NCBI GenBank assembly: GCA_964477665.1
Contig: CAYZFG010000003.1
Coordinates: forward strand, 16,776-80,775
Length of the DNA: 64,000 nucleotides
Source of the DNA: an uncultured Staphylococcus sp.
GTDB taxonomy: Bacteria; Bacteroidota; Bacteroidia; Bacteroidales; Muribaculaceae
Reading direction: 5' to 3'
Numbering within the stretch: the stretch's first letter is position 1; each line of letters starts with the position of its first letter. This document shows positions 37,759-47,244 of the stretch, piece after piece. The translations under genes were made by a program, and so were the position numbers. Under the pieces are notes generated by a model. The model saw only the letters and a program-made list of their open reading frames with translations. It had not been told where the DNA came from and did no database searches.

Positions 37759-39948
37759 ATGTCAAGTCTCAGATTCAAAGTCGTAGAAGAGGCCTCCAAC
37801 CGCAAGGCTGTTCCCGTGAGTATTCCCGCCGAACGCCCCGAGACCTACTACGGAAAGCATGTGTTTAACCGTGCGAAAATGTATGAGTATCTCCCGCTCG
37901 ACACCTATCGCGCCCTGGTCAATGCCATCGACAATAAGGAGCCGCTGCCCCTCGCGCTGGCCGACAGCGTGGCCGCCGGTATGAAGCAGTGGGCAATCGA
38001 CAACGGTGCCCGCCACTATACCCACTGGTTCCAGCCCCTGACCGAAACTACCGCCGAGAAACACGACGCTTTCGTGGAACACAACGGTAAGGGCGGTATC
38101 GTAGAGGAATTTTCGGGCAAGCTCCTCGTGCAGCAGGAGCCCGACGCATCAAGCTTCCCCAACGGCGGTATCCGCAACACCTTCGAGGCTCGCGGCTACT
38201 CGGCATGGGACATCTCGTCGCCCGCCTTCATCATGGACAATACCCTGTGTATTCCCACCATATTTATCTCATATACAGGCGAATCGCTCGACTACAAGAC
38301 GCCCCTTCTCCGAGCCCTCGCAGCCGTCGACAAGGCCGGTACTGCCGTGGCTCAGTATTTCGATAAGGATGTGCGCCACGTGATGTCTAATCTTGGCTGG
38401 GAGCAGGAATATTTCCTCGTCGACGAGGCTCTCTACAATGCCCGTCCTGACCTTGTGATGACCGGTCGCACCCTCATGGGTCACGAATCGGCTAAGAATC
38501 AGCAGCTTGAAGACCACTACTTCGGTGCTATTCCCTCACGCGTGGAGGCCTTCATGCTCGACCTCGAAATCGAGGCTCACAAGCTGGGTATACCCTTGAA
38601 GACCCGTCACAATGAGGTGGCACCCAATCAGTTTGAGTTTGCGCCCATCTACGAGGAAACCAACCTTGCCAACGACCACAACATGCTCATCATGTCGGTA
38701 ATGGGCGAGGTGGCACGCCGCCACAACTTCCGCGTGCTTCTCCACGAGAAGCCTTTCGCCGGCATCAACGGCTCGGGCAAGCACAACAACTGGAGCCTCT
38801 CTACCGACACCGGCACACTCCTCTTCGCCCCCGGCAAGACTCCCGCCGATAACCTCCAGTTTATCACCTTTGTAGCCAACGTAATGGCAGCCGTGCACCG
38901 CCACAACGCCCTGCTCAAGGCTTCGATCATGTCGGCCACCAATTCTCATCGTCTCGGCGCCAACGAAGCTCCTCCTGCCATCATCTCGATCTTCACCGGC
39001 TCGCAGCTCGCTGACATCCTCGAAAAAATCGAGAAATCTGACAAGGACGAGCTCATCGCCCTCTCGGGCAAGGAGCACCTCTCGCTCGACCTGCCCCAGA
39101 TACCGCAGCTCATGATCGACAACACTGACCGCAACCGCACGTCGCCCTTCGCCTTCACCGGCAACCGCTTTGAGTTCCGCGCCGTGGGTTCGAGCGCCAA
39201 CTGTGCATCAGCCATGATCGCCCTCAACTCTGCCGTAGCCGAGCAGCTCGCCGACTTCAAGACCAAGGTCGACGGCCGCCTTGCCGCCGGTGAAAACCTC
39301 ACCCACGCGCTTCTCGCTGAAATCAAGGTACTCCTCCAGCAGTCGAGTGCCATACACTTCGACGGCAACGGCTACTCCGACGAGTGGAAAGCCGAGGCCG
39401 CTCGCCGCGGTCTTGACTGCGAGACTAATCCCGTGCTGATCTTCGACGCCTATCTCCGTCCGTCGTCGGTAGAAATGTTTACCAAGACCGGCGTAATGAC
39501 CCCCGTGGAGCTCGAAGCACGCAACGAGGTGAAGTGGGAGATGTATACCAAGAAAATTCAGATCGAGGCTCGCGTGCTCGGCGACCTCGCCATCAATCAT
39601 ATCCTCCCCGTGGCTACCCGCTACATGTCGATTCTCCTCGACAATATGGTGAAGGTGCGCAACCTCTTCCCCGGCAAGAAGGGTGAAGAACTTTCGGAAA
39701 TGGATGCCGAGACCGTAGAAAACATCATGAACCACTGCCGCTTCATCAAGACCGAGGTGGCTCGCATGGTGCAGGCCCGCAAGGATGCCAACCGTATCAC
39801 CAACGAGCGCGAGAAGGCTCTGGCTTACTCGCTCAACGTAGCTCCCTGCCTTGAGACTATCCGCCAGCACATCGACAAGCTTGAGCTCATGGTCGACAAC
39901 GAAATGTGGCCTCTGCCCAAGTATCGCGAACTGCTCTTTATCCGTTAA
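37759..39948 (+). CDS. glnA: Glutamine synthetase type III
   Basis: THWFQPLT, EPDASSFPNGG, HEKPFAGINGSGKHNNWS, DRNRTSPFAFTGN. Confidence 0.95.
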   Translation: MSSLRFKVVEEASNRKAVPVSIPAERPETYYGKHVFNRAKMYEYLPLDTYRALVNAIDNKEPLPLALADSVAAGMKQWAIDNGARHYTHWFQPLTETTAEKHDAFVEHNGKGGIVEEFSGKLLVQQEPDASSFPNGGIRNTFEARGYSAWDISSPAFIMDNTLCIPTIFISYTGESLDYKTPLLRALAAVDKAGTAVAQYFDKDVRHVMSNLGWEQEYFLVDEALYNARPDLVMTGRTLMGHESAKNQQLEDHYFGAIPSRVEAFMLDLEIEAHKLGIPLKTRHNEVAPNQFEFAPIYEETNLANDHNMLIMSVMGEVARRHNFRVLLHEKPFAGINGSGKHNNWSLSTDTGTLLFAPGKTPADNLQFITFVANVMAAVHRHNALLKASIMSATNSHRLGANEAPPAIISIFTGSQLADILEKIEKSDKDELIALSGKEHLSLDLPQIPQLMIDNTDRNRTSPFAFTGNRFEFRAVGSSANCASAMIALNSAVAEQLADFKTKVDGRLAAGENLTHALLAEIKVLLQQSSAIHFDGNGYSDEWKAEAARRGLDCETNPVLIFDAYLRPSSVEMFTKTGVMTPVELEARNEVKWEMYTKKIQIEARVLGDLAINHILPVATRYMSILLDNMVKVRNLFPGKKGEELSEMDAETVENIMNHCRFIKTEVARMVQARKDANRITNEREKALAYSLNVAPCLETIRQHIDKLELMVDNEMWPLPKYRELLFIR

Positions 39949-40076
39949 TTCAATAGCTTGACTTTCCTATATTCCCCGCGGCCGAAAAAAATCATCCACC
40001 ACGATGAACCATTTCAGCCGCGGGGATGTTATGAAGATATAACAACAGGAACTAACACTTTAAAATAACAACTGAC

Positions 40077-40247
40077 ATGACAACCTCGATCATCGCCTCA
40101 GCCATCATGTGGGTAGCAATCGCAGCCGTAGTAGCAGCAATTACCCTTATAGGAGCATCGATCTCCCACGTTCGTTCTCTTCTGGCACTCCGCAAGCAGG
40201 CGGTGGTAGCATCCGCTGTCCATCCCGGACTCGATCACACGAGATAA
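40077..40247 (+). CDS. Unannotated 56-aa single-TM small protein (below the ORF-track cut-off)
   Basis: MTTSIIASAIMWVAIAAVVAAITLIGASISHVRSLLALRKQAVVASAVHPGLDHTR; AT-rich initiation region; own downstream hairpin. Confidence 0.55.
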   Translation: MTTSIIASAIMWVAIAAVVAAITLIGASISHVRSLLALRKQAVVASAVHPGLDHTR

Positions 40248-40279
40248 TCATCAATTCTTTCATACATACTGAACTACCG

Positions 40280-40316
40280 CCCGGACCGACGAAGCGTCGG
40301 CCCGGGTATCATTTTT
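40280..40316. terminator. Terminator between convergent small ORF and buk
   Basis: cccggaccgacg-aag-cgtcggcccggg plus T-run. Confidence 0.7.
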
Positions 40317-40334
40317 ATATCGACGGCTACGGTA

Positions 40335-41552
40335 TCAGTCTTTTGACTTGCCTCCGCGGAAGTAGCTGCGGATAGCCGAGATCTGCTTGGCGATGCCCGA
40401 GGAGTTGATGGTGTCGAGGAGCGCGTCGCGGAGCTTGGATGTGCGTGTAGTGTCGTTGAGGCGCGCGGGATCGTCATATTCCTCACTTACGTAGGTGCGG
40501 GCTTCGCGCTCACCCCTAAGCACGGCCAGTGCATTTTCGGCCAGCGCACGCAGCTCATTTTCACCGGGATACACATATATAGGTGCGATGAAGTCCACAT
40601 GCCCTGCTATGAAATCTGTCACACGCTTGCTGTGGGCTATTCCACCGGTGAGGAGTATGGCGTCGACGTTACCCTTGAGCGCTACGGCCATGGCACCTAT
40701 TTCCTTAGCTATGGAGTAGCACATGCCACGGAGCACGAGCATGGCGTGGAGGTCACGGTCGAGAATACGGTCGAGTACTTCGGGCACGGAAGTGGTGCCG
40801 AGGTGAGCCATGAGGCCGCCGGCTCCGTGCACCATTTTGATGAGTTCGGCTTCGGTGTATTTACCTGAGAAACAGAGCTTGATCAGCGGACCGGGAGGGA
40901 GCGAGCCTGAGCGCTCGGGCGATATGGGGCCGCAGCCGTCCAGAGCATTGGTGGTGTCGATCACTCGACCGCGACGATGGGCGCTGACAGTGCATCCGCC
41001 ACCCATGTGGCACACTATGAGATTGATATCTTCATAATTGCGATGCGTCTCCTTGGCATAAAGTCGGGCTACGGCTTTCTGGTTGAGAGCATGAAATACC
41101 GAAGTGCGGGGTAACTCGGGCACGCCGCTTATGCGGGCATACGGCATCATCTCGTCAACCACCACCGGGTCAGCGATATAGGACTTGACACCTATCTCGT
41201 CGGCGATGTCGCGGGCAATGAGGCCGCCTAAGTTAGAGGCATGCTGCATACGGGCGTGGCGCAGGTCATGGATAAGGTCGTCGTTAACCTCATACACACC
41301 GCTCTCCACGGGATTTATTATGCCGCCGCGGCCTATTACTGCCGAGAGCTCGCGGATGTCGATGCCATTATCTTTCAGCGCTTTCTCTATCAGCTCCTTG
41401 CGCCAGTCAAACTGATCCACCACTTGCTCGAAGCGGGCTATATCCTCGGCTGAATGAGGAATCGAAAGGGTAAACGTAGGCTCTTCGTCGGTATAGACGG
41501 CAATCTTGGTGGATGTGGAGCCGGGATTGATGGCTAATATTTTGTAAGACAT
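40335..41552 (-). CDS. buk: Butyrate/branched-chain acyl kinase with C-terminal extension
   Basis: INPGSTSTK, HASNLG, HALNQKA, HMGGG, GENE. Confidence 0.93.
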   Translation of the reverse strand: MSYKILAINPGSTSTKIAVYTDEEPTFTLSIPHSAEDIARFEQVVDQFDWRKELIEKALKDNGIDIRELSAVIGRGGIINPVESGVYEVNDDLIHDLRHARMQHASNLGGLIARDIADEIGVKSYIADPVVVDEMMPYARISGVPELPRTSVFHALNQKAVARLYAKETHRNYEDINLIVCHMGGGCTVSAHRRGRVIDTTNALDGCGPISPERSGSLPPGPLIKLCFSGKYTEAELIKMVHGAGGLMAHLGTTSVPEVLDRILDRDLHAMLVLRGMCYSIAKEIGAMAVALKGNVDAILLTGGIAHSKRVTDFIAGHVDFIAPIYVYPGENELRALAENALAVLRGEREARTYVSEEYDDPARLNDTTRTSKLRDALLDTINSSGIAKQISAIRSYFRGGKSKD

Positions 41553-41556
41553 GGTA

Positions 41557-42465
41557 TTACTTTTTAGCAAGTAGACATGCGAGGGCTATCGAATAAAGTT
41601 TGGTGAGCGGAGTATCGCCGCGCGATGTGAGCACGCAAGGCACTTTCGTTCCCACCACGAGAGCCGCGATTTCTGCTCCGGCCATGTGAGTAGCGGCTTT
41701 GAAGAATACGTTGCCACTCTCGATGTTGGGAAACAGCAGGCAATCGGCCACGCCGGCCACCGATGAGCCTTGCACTTTCTTTTCCACAGCCACCTCGGGA
41801 AAAAGAGCTACGTCGAGCGAAAGAGGGCCGTCGACGATGACGTTGCCGAGCTGGCCACGGTCAGCCATCTTGGCAAGCACAGCCGCCTCGGTCGAGGATA
41901 TTACCGAGGGGAGCACCTGCTCCGACGGTGCAATGCAAGCTATCTTGGGACGCTCCACGCCAAGGGCTGCGGAAGTCTGAGCCAGATACTTGATAATCTG
42001 CGTCTTCTGCTTGAAATCAGGCAGCGGGATTACAGCCACATCGGCAATGCACAGCAGCTTGTCGCGACCGGGCAATTCTACCACCGAGACGTGGCTCAGA
42101 GTGCCCTTGGGCGGGAAAAGCCCGGCATCTTTATTGAGGATTCCGCGCATATATTTATCGGTAGAAACGAGCCCTTTCATGAGCACATCGGCCTGGCCCG
42201 ACGCCACCATGGCTACGGCTTTCTCCACGCAGCGCACGTCGCTTTTCTCGTCGACAATGGTAAAAATAGCAGGGTCGATGCCCTCCTCGCTACAGGTGGC
42301 GAGGATCACATCACGGTCGCCAAATACGGTAGGCTCAACAAGGCCCTCGGCATGAGCTTCACTTACGGCACGGAGAGTGTGGCTATCATTGCCGTAAGCT
42401 ACGGCAAGACGGCGACGACCGAGGCGGCGGGCCTCGTCGACAATTTCATGGAGACGGGTAATCAT
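41557..42465 (-). CDS. ptb: Phosphate butyryl/acyltransferase
   Basis: LMKGLV, DGPLSLD, PNIESGNVFFK, LTSRGD. Confidence 0.9.
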   Translation of the reverse strand: MITRLHEIVDEARRLGRRRLAVAYGNDSHTLRAVSEAHAEGLVEPTVFGDRDVILATCSEEGIDPAIFTIVDEKSDVRCVEKAVAMVASGQADVLMKGLVSTDKYMRGILNKDAGLFPPKGTLSHVSVVELPGRDKLLCIADVAVIPLPDFKQKTQIIKYLAQTSAALGVERPKIACIAPSEQVLPSVISSTEAAVLAKMADRGQLGNVIVDGPLSLDVALFPEVAVEKKVQGSSVAGVADCLLFPNIESGNVFFKAATHMAGAEIAALVVGTKVPCVLTSRGDTPLTKLYSIALACLLAKK

Positions 42466-42552
42466 GGCAATAGATAGGTTTGATCGATTTTTGCAAAGAT
42501 AAGCAAAGAGAGCGGAATTTGCAAGAGGGAGAGTGAGAATCCGATGAAGGTT

Positions 42553-43644
42553 TCAGTTTTGCTTGCGGTAGGTGAGGGCGGCGAGGAGGCTGAGCGCGAG
42601 GGCGAAGGCGGAGAGAATAGTGTAGGGCAGCCACAGCTCGGTTATGGTGGCTCCCTTGAGATACAGCGACCTTATTATCTCGATAAAGTATCGGGGCGGA
42701 ATGGCGTAAGTGACGGCTTGCGCCCACGCGGGCATGGAGGTGATGGGGGTGAAAAGGCCCCCCATGAGCTGGAATATCATGACGATGGCGAAGAGCACGA
42801 AGATACACTGGAGCATGGTCTCGGAACTGTTGGCCACTATCACGCCTATCCCTGACATTACCAGCGCCAACAGCATCGTGGCCAGGTAAATGGCCGCGAT
42901 GTTGCCTGCAGGTGCGAGGCCGTAGACCGCGCGTCCCACTATGAGTCCTATGGTCACTACGATAAGTCCGGCCACCCAGTAGGGAATGAGTTTTGAGAGC
43001 ACGAAAGTGAAGCGGCTCACGGGTGTGACGTTCATGGCCTCGATGGTGCCGGTCTCCTTCTCGCGCACTATGCTGAGCGCGGGCAGGAAGCCGCAGATTA
43101 CTATGATAAGGATGACCATGAGCGCGGGCATCATGTAGTTGCGATAATTGAGGGTGGGGTTGAACAGGTTAATGACACTTCCGGCTTGTGTCAGGGGTGC
43201 TCCCTGTTGGGCGGCGATAGCGGCCAACGAGCCGCCTATACTCGCCGCCACATATTGACTGCCGAGCATCCCTTTTATGGCATTTACGCCGTTGGCCTCG
43301 ATGTCGATGACCGAGAAGTCGCGGGCAAAGTGAGGCGGAATGGTCACGATGACGTCGGCATCGCCATCCTCCACGGTCTTCATGGCTTCAGTGTGATTAC
43401 CGGCCACATCGTAGAGCGTAATGGTGGAGGCAGCCGAGAGGTCGGCGATAATGCGGCGGGAGGTCATGGAATGATCATTGTCGACCACGGTGACGTTGAC
43501 ATTGTTCACGTCGAGATTGGTGACAAGCGGAGCCACGAGCATTACCATGAGAGGCATCATGACGATGATGCGGGGCACGAGCGGGTCGTGGCGCATTATG
43601 TTGAGTTCCTTGCGCAGGAGGGCGAGAAGGGTACGGAAGTTCAT
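42553..43644 (-). CDS. ABC-2 exporter permease
   Basis: REKETGTIEAMNVTPV; six TM segments. Confidence 0.9.
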   Translation of the reverse strand: MNFRTLLALLRKELNIMRHDPLVPRIIVMMPLMVMLVAPLVTNLDVNNVNVTVVDNDHSMTSRRIIADLSAASTITLYDVAGNHTEAMKTVEDGDADVIVTIPPHFARDFSVIDIEANGVNAIKGMLGSQYVAASIGGSLAAIAAQQGAPLTQAGSVINLFNPTLNYRNYMMPALMVILIIVICGFLPALSIVREKETGTIEAMNVTPVSRFTFVLSKLIPYWVAGLIVVTIGLIVGRAVYGLAPAGNIAAIYLATMLLALVMSGIGVIVANSSETMLQCIFVLFAIVMIFQLMGGLFTPITSMPAWAQAVTYAIPPRYFIEIIRSLYLKGATITELWLPYTILSAFALALSLLAALTYRKQN

Positions 43645-43645
43645 A

Positions 43646-44692
43646 TCAGCGGGAGTTGAATTTTCTTATGGCGACGGTCAGTATCACAACGGTCATGGCC
43701 GCGAGGATAGTAATTTCGCGAGTGACATAGCTCAGCGGCAACTGCTGTATCATGAGTTTTCGCATCGCCTCGATGTACCAGCGCGCGGGGATGATGGCCG
43801 AGAGATATTGCAGAGCCACGGGCATATTGTCGACGGGAAATATCATACCCGAGAGGAGAATCACGGGCATCATGAATACCATGGCTGAGAGGATTAGCGC
43901 GTTGACCTGCGTGGCGACGAGCGTGGATACGAGCAATCCTATCGAGAGCGAGAGCACGATGTAGAGCAGCGTGACGGCCGTCACTGTCCATATCGTGGAA
44001 GAAAGCGGCAGGTCGAGCACCGTATAGGCGATCAGAAGCATTATGGCGAGGATTATGCACGAGACGCCGAAGTAAGGTGTGAGTTTGCCGAAAATGATGG
44101 TGCGCGGGCTCACGGGCGACACGAGCAGGAGGTCCATCGTGCCTGTCTCCTTCTCGCGTACAATAGAGACTGAGGTCATGATGGCGCAGATGAGTATGAA
44201 TATCATTCCCATGATGCCGGGCACGAAGTTGTAAGAACTCTTCATCTGCGGATTATACAGGGTGCGGATGGTGACAGGGTTTGTGGCGGCGGAGCCTTCC
44301 GTGCCCTGAATATAAGCTGCGGCGGTGCGCCCCATCGTAGGATTAGACGCATCGACTATAATCTGGGTGCGCTGAGAGCCGTCGGCATCGGTGGCGATGA
44401 CTATTGCGGCATCGGCCTTGCCGGTGCGGAGCAAGCGGTCAATCTCTCCGGGAGCAACAAGCCCCTGGAAGGCGAAGTAGCTGTTGACGCGCAACTTTTC
44501 GAGCAGCTGCCCGGTGGCCGGGGTGTGACGGTCAACGGTGGCCACGATCTTCACGTCGTTGACCTCCGTGGAGATGGCGAAGCCGAAGAGCAGCAGGAGC
44601 ATCAGCGGGATGAAGAGCGTGATGAGCATCGTGCGACGGTCGCGTAGTATCTGCAGCGACTCTTTCTTGACAAGTGAGGTGAATGTGGACAT
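43646..44692 (-). CDS. ABC-2 exporter permease
   Basis: REKETGTMDLLLVSPV; multiple TM segments. Confidence 0.9.
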   Translation of the reverse strand: MSTFTSLVKKESLQILRDRRTMLITLFIPLMLLLLFGFAISTEVNDVKIVATVDRHTPATGQLLEKLRVNSYFAFQGLVAPGEIDRLLRTGKADAAIVIATDADGSQRTQIIVDASNPTMGRTAAAYIQGTEGSAATNPVTIRTLYNPQMKSSYNFVPGIMGMIFILICAIMTSVSIVREKETGTMDLLLVSPVSPRTIIFGKLTPYFGVSCIILAIMLLIAYTVLDLPLSSTIWTVTAVTLLYIVLSLSIGLLVSTLVATQVNALILSAMVFMMPVILLSGMIFPVDNMPVALQYLSAIIPARWYIEAMRKLMIQQLPLSYVTREITILAAMTVVILTVAIRKFNSR

Positions 44693-44697
44693 GGCTA

Positions 44698-45456
44698 TCA
44701 GTCGTCAGAGCGTTGGGCACCTGCGGCGAGGATGCGGAAAACCTCGTCGAATGTGGCGGCGTGGTACTTCTTTTTCAGTGCCTCGGGAGAGTCGAGAGCC
44801 ACGATGCGACCGTCGACCATCATGGAGATGCGGTGGCAATACTCGGCCTCGTCGAGATAGTGGGTGGTGACGAATACGGTCATTCCCCGCGATGAGGCGC
44901 GGTAGATCAGCTCCCAGAACCGGCGGCGTGTCACGGGGTCGACACCTCCGGTGGGCTCGTCGAGAAACACTATGGCGGGATTGTGGATCGTGGCGGCGGC
45001 AAAGGCGAGTTTCTGCCGCCATCCGGTGGGAATGTCGCGCACGAGGGAGCGGCGCATTGAGGTCATGTCGAGTTCGGCGTAAAGAGCCTCGGCGCTCCGG
45101 GCTATCTCACTGCGGCTCATGCCGTAGATGGTAGCGAAGAGGCGCAGATTTTCGTCGACGGTAAGCTCCTCGTATAGCGAAAATTTCTGGCTCATGTAGC
45201 CTATGTGGCGCTTGATGAGCTCGGGCTGCGTCACGATGTCATATCCGGCCACTGTGCCGTCGCCCGAAGTGGGCACGCTCAGTCCGCACAGCATCTTCAT
45301 TGCCGTAGTCTTTCCGGCACCGTTGGCACCGAGAAAGCCGAAAATCTCGCCGCGAGCCACGTCAAATGAGATGCGGTCCACAGCCGTGAAGTCGCCGAAG
45401 CGCTTGGTGAGTCCTTTCACCGTGATTGCTTTGGAGGTATCAGCGGGATTGGTCAT
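44698..45456 (-). CDS. ABC ATP-binding protein
   Basis: GANGAGKTT, LDEPTGGVD; degenerate signature (IPTGW). Confidence 0.92.
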   Translation of the reverse strand: MTNPADTSKAITVKGLTKRFGDFTAVDRISFDVARGEIFGFLGANGAGKTTAMKMLCGLSVPTSGDGTVAGYDIVTQPELIKRHIGYMSQKFSLYEELTVDENLRLFATIYGMSRSEIARSAEALYAELDMTSMRRSLVRDIPTGWRQKLAFAAATIHNPAIVFLDEPTGGVDPVTRRRFWELIYRASSRGMTVFVTTHYLDEAEYCHRISMMVDGRIVALDSPEALKKKYHAATFDEVFRILAAGAQRSDD

Positions 45457-46357
45457 AGGTCAGTCGGATGAAAATGTCTTCAATATCAGGTCGGGCCGGG
45501 TAGATGCGGGCATCATGAAGACCCTCGGCGCGCAGTCGTGACTCGGTGGCGGCGGGGTCAAATTCCGGGCTAACCACGGCATGGAGCGTGGCACCGAAGG
45601 TGTAGCAGTCGACCACTCCGGGACACTCGCGCAACTTGGCAAGGAGTGTAAACATGTCACCGGCCACTGCATTGTAAAGTTGACCGTCGAGGCGCGATGA
45701 CAGCTCGGCGGGTGTGCCGGTGGCAAGGATGCGACCCGAGTTGATCATGGCCAGTCGGTCGCAGCGGGCGGCCTCGTCCATGTAAGAGGTCGAGACGAGA
45801 ATGGTGATGCCGCTCTTGCGCAGCTGACCGAGCATGTCCCAGAACTCGCTTCGCGACACCGCATCGACACCCGTAGTAGGCTCGTCGAGCAGCAGCACCT
45901 CAGGCCGATGGATGAGGGCGCAACTGAGGGCTAATTTCTGCTTCATGCCGCCTGAGAGCTTTCCTGCGGGCCTGTCAGGAAACTTGGCGAGCTGGCTGAA
46001 AATCGGTGCGATGAGGTCATAGCTCTGCTCGACGGTCACGCCGAAAAGTGTGGCGAAAAACTCAAGATTTTCCTTTACGGTAAGGTCTTGATAGAGAGAG
46101 AAGTGTTCGGGCATATAGCCTATGACGAGGCGGAGTGGCCGGTAATCGCTCACCGTGTCGAGACCGAGTACCGACGCGCGACCCGAGTCGGGGGTAAGCA
46201 GGGTGGCGAGGATGCGATAGATCGACGACTTTCCCGCGCCGTCAGGACCTATCAGGCCAAAGATCTCCCCCTTGTTGACCGAGAGGCTGACGTCGCGAAG
46301 AGCCTTGACCGAGCCGTAGCTCTTGCTTACATGGTCGAGAATGATGGCCGGAGTCAT
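45440..46357 (-). CDS. ABC ATP-binding protein
   Basis: GPDGAGKS, LSGGMKQK, LDEPTTGVD. Confidence 0.92.
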   Translation of the reverse strand: MTPAIILDHVSKSYGSVKALRDVSLSVNKGEIFGLIGPDGAGKSSIYRILATLLTPDSGRASVLGLDTVSDYRPLRLVIGYMPEHFSLYQDLTVKENLEFFATLFGVTVEQSYDLIAPIFSQLAKFPDRPAGKLSGGMKQKLALSCALIHRPEVLLLDEPTTGVDAVSRSEFWDMLGQLRKSGITILVSTSYMDEAARCDRLAMINSGRILATGTPAELSSRLDGQLYNAVAGDMFTLLAKLRECPGVVDCYTFGATLHAVVSPEFDPAATESRLRAEGLHDARIYPARPDIEDIFIRLTYDQSR

Positions 46358-47244
46358 AGTCTCACTTCACCATACTGGCCGAGTTTGAGGCGACCGTCAT
46401 TTTTCACTGCTACCTTGACGGCGTAGACAAGATTGGCGCGCGTATCCTGAGTCTGGATTGACTTGGGCGTAAACTCGCTTTCCTCGGCAATCCATGTGAT
46501 GGTGCCGGGATATTCGTAGGTCTCGTCGCCGCCGAAGTCAGCTATAACCGTTACCTCCTGACCTATCTTGATCGATGCGAGCTGCGAGGCTGTGAAATAG
46601 CTGCGGAGATATATGTGGCTGAGGTCAGCAAGCTTCACGAGCTGGCGCCCCGGCATGGCAAATTCGCCCGGCTCTGCATATTTCACGAGCACTGTGGCGT
46701 CGATGGGGGAGAAGACGGTGCTGCGGGCAATCTGCTCGGCAATCTGCTCTTTCTGATACTGCAGTGCCACGGCGTTGTCAGAAATCGACGAGCGGTTTTT
46801 GCCCAGAGTGGAGAGAAGTGCGTCGAGCTGACCCTGCATGGCGGTGAGGGCTGCGCGGGCATCGTCATACTGTTTCTGCGTGGCGGCTCCGTCGGCGAGC
46901 AGGCGGCTGTAGCGCTCACATTCGTGCTTCTGGTGAACGATCTGAGAGCGTAGCGATGCGGCTTGAGCGGTGATGTCGGGGGCTGATGTCTCGGCTGAAA
47001 GTTTCTGGCTCTCAAGCTGGCGCAACTGGAGCGAAAGGATGGTGGTGTCGACCACAGCTACGGTCTGTCCGGCGCTTACGGTATCCCCTTCGGTCACGCC
47101 CAGACTGAGGATGCGGCCTGAAGTTTCGGCCGAAAGGGTTACGGTGGTTGCTTCAAATATACCTGTAGCGTCGTAATCGGGCTTTGAGGAGCAAGCGGCG
47201 AGGATGAGCAGTGAGGGAAGGATGGGGGTGAGTGAACGTTTCAT
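46354..47244 (-). CDS. HlyD-family periplasmic adaptor (lipoprotein)
   Basis: Lipobox LAAC, hairpin coiled coil, EFTPKSIQT...VYAVK. Confidence 0.9.
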   Translation of the reverse strand: MKRSLTPILPSLLILAACSSKPDYDATGIFEATTVTLSAETSGRILSLGVTEGDTVSAGQTVAVVDTTILSLQLRQLESQKLSAETSAPDITAQAASLRSQIVHQKHECERYSRLLADGAATQKQYDDARAALTAMQGQLDALLSTLGKNRSSISDNAVALQYQKEQIAEQIARSTVFSPIDATVLVKYAEPGEFAMPGRQLVKLADLSHIYLRSYFTASQLASIKIGQEVTVIADFGGDETYEYPGTITWIAEESEFTPKSIQTQDTRANLVYAVKVAVKNDGRLKLGQYGEVRL

